A program made the position numbers and the translations under genes. This document shows positions 9,980-19,054 of a stretch of 19,054 bases of DNA, piece after piece (positions within the stretch are counted from its first letter, which is position 1; each line of letters starts with the position of its first letter). This DNA comes from Octopus sinensis. Lineage: Eukaryota. A model generated the notes under the pieces. The model made no database searches. It saw only the letters and a list, made by a program, of their open reading frames with translations, and was not told where the DNA came from. The stretch spans positions 1-19,054 of the forward strand of contig NW_021824346.1 in the NCBI RefSeq assembly GCF_006345805.1. The letters run 5' to 3'.

Positions 9980-10374
9980 ATTTCTTTACTATCCACAAGG
10001 GGCTAAACACAGAAGGGACAAACAAGGACAAACAAAAGGATTAAGTCGATTATATCGACCCAGTGCGTAACTGGTACTTATTTAATCGACCCCGAAAGGG
10101 TGAAAGGCAAAGTCGACCTCGGCGGAATTTGAACTCAGAACGTAGCGGAAAACGAAATACCTATTTCTTTACTACCTACAAGGGGCTAAACACAGAGAGG
10201 ACAAACAAGGACAGACAAACGGATTAAGTCGATTATATCGACCCCAGTGCGTAACTGGTACTTATTTAATCGACCCCGAAGGGATCAAAGGCAAAGTCGA
10301 CCTCGGCGGAATTTGAACTCAGAACATAGCGACAGACGCTTGGCGTGCTAACGTTTCTGCCAGCTCGCCGCCTT
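9980..10374 (-). mobile_element. Young head-to-tail dimer of the Meta-type SINE with a 16-bp TSD
   Basis: Two very similar units (about 9981-10162 and 10163-10372). Perfect direct repeat cccggcgcgttaacca at 9964-9979 and 10375-10390. Confidence 0.85.
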
Positions 10375-10745
10375 CCCGGCGCGTTAACCATTCAACCAGC
10401 TCGCGGCCTTCATACTGCAGCATGATAGGGTATTATAAGCATTGAACAATTATAACACTTGGGTTATTTAAATATTTAATACACTTGTGTATGAGTGATA
10501 TTGATTAAGTGTTTCAATCGAGGACATTAATAAACCAACAAAGGCATCACCATCTGGAGAATATATGTCTTCTTGTGGAATAATGGAACCAGACGCGAAA
10601 GACAAAAGACACATTAAATTTAGAATAGGTTTCTCACTATTCAGTCCGATAATCCGTACGTTTAAGATGGACAAGAGAACCAAAGTGAATTAAAAATGAA
10701 TTACATAATAACTTGAGAAGTTACTAAACTTAAACTGTTTGGTAT

Positions 10746-11006
10746 TAGCTCGTCCGTCGTTGTCGACGATGACTACGGATATCTGATGAGAGAAGAACAC
10801 GGGTCACGGTGAGTCCGGCTGTGGCTGATCAGTTCGATGCGTTCACGGAAGGCTCTGCCGCAGCTCGGTCACTGGTCGTCTGCTGAGATTGAAGGCAAGG
10901 AATTGAACCTGGACTTGCACAGTTTGAATTCCCTTTGTGTCCCTGCAACCCTGTTCTGTTCGTATGAGGTGGCACATCTGTTGGTACGCCAGGCAGGGCG
11001 GTCTTT
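10746..11006 (-). mobile_element. 5'-truncated RTE (BovB-like) LINE 3' end
   Basis: Minus frame reads DRPAWRTNRCATSYEQNRVAGTQREFKLCKSRFNSLPSISADDQ*PSCGRAFRERIELISHSRTH, a C-terminal CxxC...HxxxH zinc finger with the first Cys mutated to a stop. The 3' UTR hairpin is gtcatcgtcgacaacgacggacg. Confidence 0.85.
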
Positions 11007-11434
11007 TAATACATAGCATCGCAGAGCTTCAGCTGGCAAATAAGCGAAAAATAATCAGTTTTGTTACAAGAATACAAGTTTAGTCGTTCAGTTTTCCATT
11101 CCTTTACACCACTGTTCATTATGACTTAATGAACTTAAAAACGCAGTCTTTATTTTTAAACAATACGATTATTGGGTGGAAAATATGAAAATAGTTATTC
11201 TATATCCGACATTGATTGTACATAATATTGACATCATTTTATTTACTGATCTTATCTCATCACTCAATAATCTTGTTTACTTAAGACTTTATTCTTTATT
11301 TTATCCGATTCTGTTTTCCTCTGTCTGGTGGTTATGGCAAAAGAGGTAATGTGGTGGGAGCCGTTACAAGGACTGAAGGGGATCCGGACAAAAGCCCCAT
11401 AGTTAAAGTGTAAAAGCGGACAAAATCCCCTCAG

Positions 11435-11474
11435 GCCATTGTCTGGTACTGCATCAGGACATTTATTATTATTA

Positions 11475-11518
<44 letters not shown>

Positions 11519-12070
11519 TGAGTGAGAGAGCAGTGCATGCCATCAAAGTGACATTGGGGTAAAATATACGAAGCCCAGTATACCCATCATGACTACCCGT
11601 CTGATAACGGTACACCAGGCACATGCATCACAACCATATGTGCGCGACATGGTGATCTCATATGAAGATAAACAGCACATGACCTTGCAGGTGGGAACCA
11701 GTTAGAATTTTCTTCTGGTCGAGTAACCCATCCCGCTCAAAAGGTCCTTGAATAAGGGTTGTTTAAGGATGTTGAAAGAACCACCCATGTTTCCAGAGGT
11801 GAATTATTCAAACCCCAAAGAATCCCTCTCAACACACGGCTATGATTTTCCCCCACTACTTCTGCTCGTGATCAGAGATGCACATATCGTCAGCCACTAA
11901 GGGACATGCTCAACTGGTTAAGGTCAAACAACTGGCAAGCAAATCTGTGGTATTGAGCAGAATATTCGCTGTAGCCCATCTTTTATACCAAGACAAAACA
12001 ATGTATATGATGACACTTCCAGTTAAGATCAGAAGCCATGAGAGCCACTGTCTGGTACTGCATCAGGGCA
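11435..12070 (-). mobile_element. About 550-bp non-coding interspersed element with an (AAT)n tail and a 27-bp terminal redundancy
   Basis: gccattgtctggtactgcatcaggaca (11435-61) and gccactgtctggtactgcatcagggca (12044-70) are each followed by (ATT)n. Period is 609 bp. No long ORF. Strand inferred from the tail. Confidence 0.6.
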
Positions 12071-12080
12071 ATTATTATTA

Positions 12081-12146
<66 letters not shown>

Positions 12147-12414
12147 TTCCTTCATCTCACCCTATTTTACGACCCCTAACGCAAGAGAGAGAGAGGGAGG
12201 GAGGGAAGGGGACGAGATGATACAATCCCTTTCACACCACCCGCCATTCTCTCACCCCCGTTCACATCCTCCCACGTTCTCGTCACCCTTGAGAAATACT
12301 TGGTTTAGAATAAACTTCTCCTGCATGTTTATAAGGGTCGTATTTCTCTGTTGAAATGTTATATAAATATTGACATGTATCTACACAGGCATTTATGTAA
12401 CGTATATATATCTG

Positions 12415-12522
12415 TGTATATATGTGTGTATATATGTGTGTATATATGTGTGTATGTATGTGTGTATATATGTGTGTATATATGTGTGTATATATGTGTG
12501 TATATATGTGTGTATATATGTG
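12415..12522. repeat. 10-bp (TATATGTGTG)n tandem repeat
   Basis: Direct reading. Confidence 0.9.
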
Positions 12523-12704
12523 TTTGCTTGTATGTACGCATGCATACATTTATGTATGTATGTGCGTAATTGTTACAGCCGACCTGTGTCTGTCTGTCTG
12601 GCTGTTGTTTCTCTATCTCTATTGCATCTTCATATATTTATATATACACTCTCACAGAGAAATATACTTGCATAAACACGCATATATGCATGTGAATATT
12701 TGTA

Positions 12705-13160
<456 letters not shown>

Positions 13161-13443
13161 ATATATGTATATATATACACACACATTCACTAAAAACATA
13201 CACACACACATATATAAGAATATATATGTGTGCGTGCGTGCGTGCGTGTTTGTGCGTGTATAAGCATATACATGTACTCGTACACCCTCACAACAAGCAC
13301 ACATCACGCAAAAAGTCAGAAAGTCAGATACAGATACATAAGTGGAATAGATAACATAACCGAAATAGTTGAAGTTGGATCAACAAACACGGGAGCAGAT
13401 AGACTACGGGTGGCTGTTTGTGATGGTGAAGGGGGATGAGGGA

Positions 13444-13491
13444 GATGATGATGATGACGATGATGATGGTGATGATGATGATGATGATGAC

Positions 13492-13523
<32 letters not shown>

Positions 13524-13552
13524 CTATGACGATGATGATGATGACGATGATA

Positions 13553-13595
<43 letters not shown>

Positions 13596-13680
13596 GGATG
13601 ATGATGATGATGATGACGACGATGATGATGATGAGGATGATGATGATGATGATTAGAAGAAGGAGGAGGAGGAGGAGGAG
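13444..13680. repeat. (GAT)n then (GGA)n microsatellite
   Basis: Direct reading. Confidence 0.95.
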
Positions 13681-13705
13681 AGTCTTAAGCAAGACGTTAG
13701 ACAGA

Positions 13706-13981
13706 CTAGGGTAGATTTGGGGTAGCAATGTTACAAGGTGGAGTAAGATATCTGGTTGTTGTGTAGGCGTGGCATTCTTGTGGTGGTAGTGGTGGTGGTG
13801 GTGGTGGTGGAGTTTGAATTTGCAGATCCTCTGGTGGTGTGGAATCCGTGAATGTTTTAGACTCAGTGTCAGTATTGATGGCAGCATTGGTCTTGGTGAA
13901 GATAAATAGTGGTGCAACATGAAGGGCTGAGATCTCTTCTGATAGCCTAGGTCGCAGTATGTGCTTGTGGTGGCAGTAATC
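13706..13981 (-). CDS. Candidate host coding exon, Thr/Pro-rich, product unknown
   Basis: 91 open codons: DYCHHKHILRPRLSEEISALHVAPLFIFTKTNAAINTDTESKTFTDSTPPEDLQIQTPPPPPPPLPPQECHAYTTTRYLTPPCNIATPNLP*. The sequence is non-repetitive and richer in GC, with an acceptor-like tcttatttttTAAG upstream (AG at 14038-37). No homology recognised. Confidence 0.3.
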   Translation of the reverse strand, partial: DYCHHKHILRPRLSEEISALHVAPLFIFTKTNAAINTDTESKTFTDSTPPEDLQIQTPPPPPPPLPPQECHAYTTTRYLTPPCNIATPNLP

Positions 13982-14289
13982 TCAATGAAGGCAACGGTCT
14001 CGGTACAACAATTGTACCTCCTCGGTTCTTCCCCTCCTTAAAAAATAAGACATCAAAGCATAAAAGGTCGTTAATATGAGATAATTCTTAAAAAATCTTG
14101 GCACAAAACTGGTATCGACCCTAATGGCCAAATGGTACTTATTTCGTGACGTATATTTGCCATTTAGATATGGCTAACCCCTAAGGGTGGATGCTACTGT
14201 AGTTTGTAGCCCCAGGACGACACCTCCTCCAGCTGGCTATAGACACACTTTCTGTGCCCTATCAGTGTTTGCAAAGGGAAGAGATTTAT

Positions 14290-14430
14290 TATTAGTACTT
14301 ATTTCATTGACCCCAAAGTGAGGAAAGGTCAAGTCAACCTAAGCGGCGTTTGAGCTGACTTTTATGGGTCAGAAGAAATGCCTTAAATGATTTTGTCCGG
14401 TGTGGTACTACTCCGGCAGCTCCTGCAACC
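14290..14430 (-). mobile_element. Highly diverged Meta-type SINE
   Basis: gtacttatttcattgaccccaaagtgaggaaaggtcaagtcaaccta...ttgtccggtgtgg aligns loosely with the core and head. Confidence 0.55.
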
Positions 14431-14575
14431 AAGCTGGGGCCAGACGTAATGCTCTGCACTCCTTTAGACTACGTCAGCAAGGTCGAGAGAGGAATCCTGA
14501 CGATTGGGCTACCCAGGATTTTCTTACATCTTGCCCAGGCCTGCGCAAAACTGGAGAGGAAACTGGAGAGGACAC
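14411..14575 (+). mobile_element. Possible RTE 5' UTR-like fragment
   Basis: ccggcagctcctgcaaccaagctggggccagacgta...cctttagactac resembles RTE/BovB 5' UTRs. From recall only. Confidence 0.3.
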
Positions 14576-14666
14576 GAAATGTAAAAAACCAGATTGGATT
14601 AGTTTATGCGCAACTCCATTGTCTTCCGAGACAAAAGGATGCCAACAATATCAGTGATTATCTCGG

Positions 14667-14855
14667 CACCACTTGACAACCGATGTTGGTTTGTTTTTGC
14701 CATAACCTTGTGGTTTGGCAAAAAAAAAAAGTGCGATAGAATAAATAACAGGCTTTAAAAAGTAAGTGCTGAGTTCAACTTGGTGGCTAAAATCCTTGAA
14801 AGCAGTGCTCCAGCATGACCGCGGTGCAATGAATGAAACAAATAAAAAGAAAAAA
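14667..14855 (+). mobile_element. 3' half of a family B SINE
   Basis: cttgacaaccgatgttgg...gatagaataaataacaggc...gtgctccagcatgaccgc...aatgaatgaaacaaataaaaaga matches the reverse complement of 5951-6150. Confidence 0.7.
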
Positions 14856-15265
14856 GAAAAGGAAGATAAGTGGAAAAGAAAGATTAACCCTAAAAAACAG
14901 TGAGTATTATAAACAAACTGTTTGCGTCTAACCAGGAAAGCAGGGGAAAAAAAAAACTTACCAATATTTTCGGTTTTATAAAGTTATTATTAGAGAAAAA
15001 TAGGAATAGAAAAATTATTGAAAGCGATTTTTCCATCAGAAATCGATATTGGCGGACATTTTGGCAAAAAATAAATCTTTCTAAAAAAGATATTTTATTA
15101 ATATTTGTACGAAACAAAAAAAACTATTTTATTTCACTGGTTTCTAGTCTTGAAAATAAATAAACGTTTCAACATCTATGGACCAAAAGATGCGTAATAA
15201 ACTCACTGTTATCAATTTGAAGCTTTTCTATATTCTAACAGGTTTTTTTTTATTTGAGAAGCTTC

Positions 15266-15468
15266 GCAGGAAGAATCATTAGCGCGTCGAACAAAATTCT
15301 TTGCGGCATTTCTTTTGAGCCGTTAATCTCTCTGTGTTAAGTTCTGCTGCCGAGGTCGACGTTGGCTTTGAACTTTCCGGGGTCGATAAAATAAGTACCA
15401 GTTAATAACTGGGGTCGATCGACAAAATCCCTCTACCGAAATTTCATGCGTTGTGCCAAGAGTAGAAA
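15266..15468 (+). mobile_element. Diverged Meta-type SINE
   Basis: ccgaggtcgacgttggctttgaactttccggggtcgataaaataagtaccagtt...tgtgccaagagtagaaa. Confidence 0.75.
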
Positions 15469-15490
15469 TATATATTTTTTTTTTTCAAAA

Positions 15491-15609
15491 TAAGGTCACA
15501 AACTAGCTGAGTCGGTAACACGTCGGACAATATGTAGTGGCTTATCTTTATTTTGCCTTTCATCTGTCAGAGATTGATAAGATTAAGTACCTGTTGTGTA
15601 CTGGGGTCA
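15491..15609 (+). mobile_element. Deleted, diverged Meta-type SINE
   Basis: tttgcctttcatct...gataagattaagtacctgttgtgtactggggtcaa. Confidence 0.55.
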
Positions 15610-15808
15610 AGGTGGGAGATTTACGTTAGAGTTTCGCAGTATTGAGAAATTTTAACAACGGTGTTTGCTAAATATCGATGATGATGCCTGGCAACCATAA
15701 GCGGTGAACATGCTCCGCGGACACACGACCTGGGACTTAGCCTGAAATAAGGTTTTGATACTGTGTTTAACATGTATTTTCATAACCTTAAATTCTTAAC
15801 GTCTTCTG

Positions 15809-15841
<33 letters not shown>

Positions 15842-16136
15842 GAGAGGAGAGAGAGAGAGAGAGAGAGAGATACATATATACAAACATTCATATGTACATA
15901 TATTTGTTTATATGTATTCCTATACATATACATATATACAAATATATATATATATATATTTAAAATAATAAGAGTGAAAATTTGAATATTAATTTGATTA
16001 ATATCAATTTAAAACCAGTGGTCTAGCATATTTAAAAATTTAAAGTTTCGAAAAAAATTATATTACATAAATATAAAAGGGATGACCTGTAAGTGGACAT
16101 CCATTATGGTAGAAGATCTGCTATATATATATATAT

Positions 16137-16196
<60 letters not shown>

Positions 16197-16335
16197 GAGG
16201 GCATTATACATACATGCCAGAAGGCATTATACATACATGCCAAACGCTAAGAGGGACAATTAGTCATTTCTACCAAAAATATTACTAATCCCACACCGAA
16301 TGCAATTTTCAAAAGTAAGACATTTAAAAAAATAT

Positions 16336-16383
16336 AGACCTGTATCACAGTGATTTCATACTTACGTACTCATCAGCAGGCCT
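16336..16383 (-). ncRNA. Type I hammerhead ribozyme
   Basis: aggcctg-CTGATGA-gtac(GTAA)gtat-GAAA-tcactgtga-TA-caggtct. 7-bp stem I, 4-bp stem II with a GNRA loop, near-palindromic stem III ATCAC-T-GTGAT. Predicted cut after AUA at 16343. Confidence 0.85.
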
Positions 16384-16580
16384 GAATGTATTATAAATAA
16401 CCCGACCCTGCCGCGCTTAAGCCGATCAGCTAACTGCTCAACATCAACGAAGCACATGGGTGAGTTACATATATTACAATCCGGATAAATGGCAAACTTT
16501 TACGAATTGCATTTCGGGAGAGGATCAGTTAGCTGATCGGCTTAAGCGCGGCAGGGTCGTTGTTTATTTATAATACATTC

Positions 16581-16627
16581 AGGCCTGCTGATGAGTAAGT
16601 AGTATGAAATCACTGTGATACAGGTCT
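16581..16627 (+). ncRNA. Type I hammerhead ribozyme (mirror copy, weaker stem II)
   Basis: aggcctg-CTGATGA(16588-94)-gta(agtag)tat-GAAA(16606-09)-tcactgtga-TA-caggtct. Predicted cut after 16620. Confidence 0.75.
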
Positions 16628-16899
16628 ATATTTTTTTAAATGTCTTACTTTGAAAAATTGCATTCGGTGGGATAGTAATATTTTTGGTAGAAATGACTAA
16701 TTGTCCTCTTAGCGTTGGCATGTATGTATAATGCCTTCTGGCATGTATGTATAATGCCCTATATATAAATTAATATGTTCAATAAGAAATAATTATTTTC
16801 GAAATTTTTTCTCTTATGAGGTTTTTACGCTATCTACCTGACAATTTCTTGTTAAGTTTTATTCCTTATTAAGTAGTTGTCCTTAATTGCTATATATAT

Positions 16900-16932
<33 letters not shown>

Positions 16933-17389
16933 GAATTAAAAACAGAACACAAAGGATATCGCGGTAGACGTGTTTCAAGATTTATAAACAATCCGTTATT
17001 ACATCAGTGTATTGTTGATATAAAAGATGGGTTAAAGCTCCCTTCAGCCACAATCATTGTTAGTCCAAAGATTACATCACAATATAAAAAGTATAAAAAG
17101 TACATGTAGTATTACACATTATAATAGATTTATCATATCTCCTCGAAAAAGTATATTTGTATATCTGTTTTTAATTTATATTTGATATATACTCTCTCAC
17201 CTCTGCCACTATCTGTCATATACAGGTGCTTACACTTGTCAAGTATTCACTCAAAATTTACACAGTACCTATATATATATATAATACATACACACAAACA
17301 TATAAACATATAGACAGACAGATGTCAAGAAACAGTGAGATAGGTTGATGCATGTAACACACGCCACCACCAGCAGCACCACCACCACC

Positions 17390-17413
17390 ACAACAACAAC
17401 AACAACAAAAGCA

Positions 17414-17472
<59 letters not shown>
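17390..17472. repeat. (CAA)/(CTA) microsatellite
   Basis: Direct reading. Confidence 0.9.
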
Positions 17473-17478
<6 letters not shown>

Positions 17479-17569
17479 AGAATATGCTCATCAACCACCA
17501 ACAATGATATCCTAGACATGACTTGTCGGTAAGCAGAGAAGAGTTACCAATTCCACTGCAATACTGGAG

Positions 17570-17616
<47 letters not shown>

Positions 17617-17862
17617 GGCGATGGGGGTTTCATTCGGGTGGCTGTCACTGAGACGGGAAAGAGCACAGACTAAAAGGGAAAGCATCAAAACGGTAGAACA
17701 GGAAGAAAGAACGTAAAAATAAATACACAAACCCACTCGATGTAATACTAAAATGGCGTCTGAGCAGATATTAGCTGCAACGTCAACCATATGTGGGTAT
17801 GAATGTATGTATGCGTATATGTATTTGTGTAAATGTATGCACGTGTGTATCTATCTATCTAT

Positions 17863-17918
<56 letters not shown>

Positions 17919-18110
17919 TGTATATGTGTGTATGCATGTATGTATATGTGCATGTATATATATGTATGCATGTTTGTATGCATTCCATACATGTATATAT
18001 GTAATATTAAGTATAAAGAAGTGATTTTAAATTCTCAAACGCAGGACAATACTAATAATATAGCCTGAACAGGAAAAGATACCCTTATTTTGCAGAAAAA
18101 AGTGCTGGCA

Positions 18111-18184
18111 GCCGGCTATGAGACTCGAACTCACACCTCCGTGATTACGCGTCGTGGTGCACTGAACCATTAAGCTAAACGCGC
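18111..18184 (-). pseudogene. tRNA-like sequence (CGT anticodon-like loop) with a Pol III terminator
   Basis: A-box-like TAGCTTAATGG, intact T arm gtgag-TTCGAGT-ctcat, T6 at 18101-18096. The acceptor and anticodon stems are broken, so it is not a functional tRNA. Confidence 0.55.
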
Positions 18185-18806
18185 ATACCGCAAATTCTTC
18201 TGCAAATTTAAGATAGGCTATTTACGGAGGTGCTCATAGAGAGCTAATGCGAAAAAAATACAGAGTAGAGGAAATTGAAAACGCAAATCCTAGGCAGTCA
18301 ACCAAATTTCCGAACGCATAAATGAAGATATTCAATCAATATAAATCAATCATATATATTTATACACATCAACATAAATCATGCACGTACAGGCGTAAAG
18401 ATTCTCCAAAGGGTATAAAGAATAAAATCAAACATACATAAAAATATAGAAGAAATATAAAAGCATATAAACATACATATAAAATTACATATAAATAAAG
18501 ATTACATGTAAAGTGTTATGCGTAAAAAATATAGGAGAGACAAAACGAATGGGAGGTTGGTAAATATAGGAATAAAAACATCAGTCTTCAAATGGCAAAC
18601 CGCCTAAATCGTCCAAAAAATTCCTTATATATCTAGGATATAAGATAGAAATGACACAAGATATCTAGGTTAAGAACAATAAATAAAATAGGATCCGAAA
18701 AATAGGAAAGTGTTCCATCTACGGCCGTTTCAGGGGTGTATTAATCTGACTGACCGGTAATGTGTCCTGGCCAGCGCAATGACTGAAATAAGTAAAGCAT
18801 AATATA

Positions 18807-19022
18807 TGAGAGGGAGCTGAAAACTTCTTGGCTTTAAGGGTGTCGCGAAAGTTCTGGTTGGAGGCCCAAATTTCTGAGTTTTTTTACAGGGCTTATAATA
18901 CCTGAAGGACCACTGCTGTAATAAGTGTGGAAATCTGAGAGGGGAATGTGTTGAATAAAATCATAATTAACTGGTTTCCTGTATTTTCTTGCGCCCAAAG
19001 CCAGGGCTTTCAGTACCCTTTG
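18807..19022. mobile_element. Tc1/mariner-type MITE
   Basis: Degenerate TIRs tgagagggagctgaaaacttcttggcttt / aaagccagggctttcagtaccctttg, with TA on both sides (18805-06, 19023-24). 216 bp, non-coding. Confidence 0.65.
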
Positions 19023-19054
19023 TATATATATATTATATATATATATATATATAT

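Larger units (their letters stand above)
16198..16760. mobile_element. Inverted-repeat element (arms 16198-16436 and 16526-16760, 89-bp spacer) with two outward-facing hammerheads; probable Penelope-like inverted pLTR pair
   Basis: The arms are reverse complements with a few indels and substitutions (about 95% by eye). The element is flanked by TA repeats. Each arm has 2x ggcattatacatacatgcca. Confidence 0.85.

Noticed and set aside
10505-10693. Open frame of about 62 codons on the plus strand
   Set aside because: No start codon context or good splice signals, and no homology recognised.
10783-10789. CTGATGA on the plus strand
   Set aside because: No stem II or GAAA follows. It is the antisense of the RTE ORF end.
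11385-11430. 14-bp direct repeat cggacaaaa(g/t)cccc, possibly a DNA transposon end
   Set aside because: No partner inverted end was found, and it is too short to classify.
11855-11900. Minus-strand CTGACGA...GAAG, and CTGATGC in the head of the same element
   Set aside because: The cores are non-canonical and I found no consistent stems.

Overview
Repeat-saturated, AT-rich eukaryotic non-coding DNA, most likely octopus (coleoid cephalopod). That assignment is inferred from the SINE families and microsatellite density. No complete host gene is visible, and nearly all listed ORFs are microsatellite artefacts. The window holds many tRNA-derived SINEs of at least four families and decayed LINE ends that translate into recognisable protein motifs (Dong/R4-like and a second RLE fragment, two RTE types). 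It also has a probable Helitron 5' end inside a 205-bp tandem duplication, a mariner-type MITE, and one weak candidate host exon (13.7-14.0 kb, minus). The main unexplained signal is three type I hammerhead ribozyme (HHR) motifs with full catalytic cores. One sits at the 3' end of a tRNA-headed SINE-like element (2959-3282). Two face outward in the arms of a 563-bp inverted-repeat element (16198-16760). Partial HHR remnants and a terminally redundant 609-bp-period element also point to non-autonomous Penelope-like/retrozyme-type retroelements. All alignments and folds were done by eye, and family names come from recall rather than searches.
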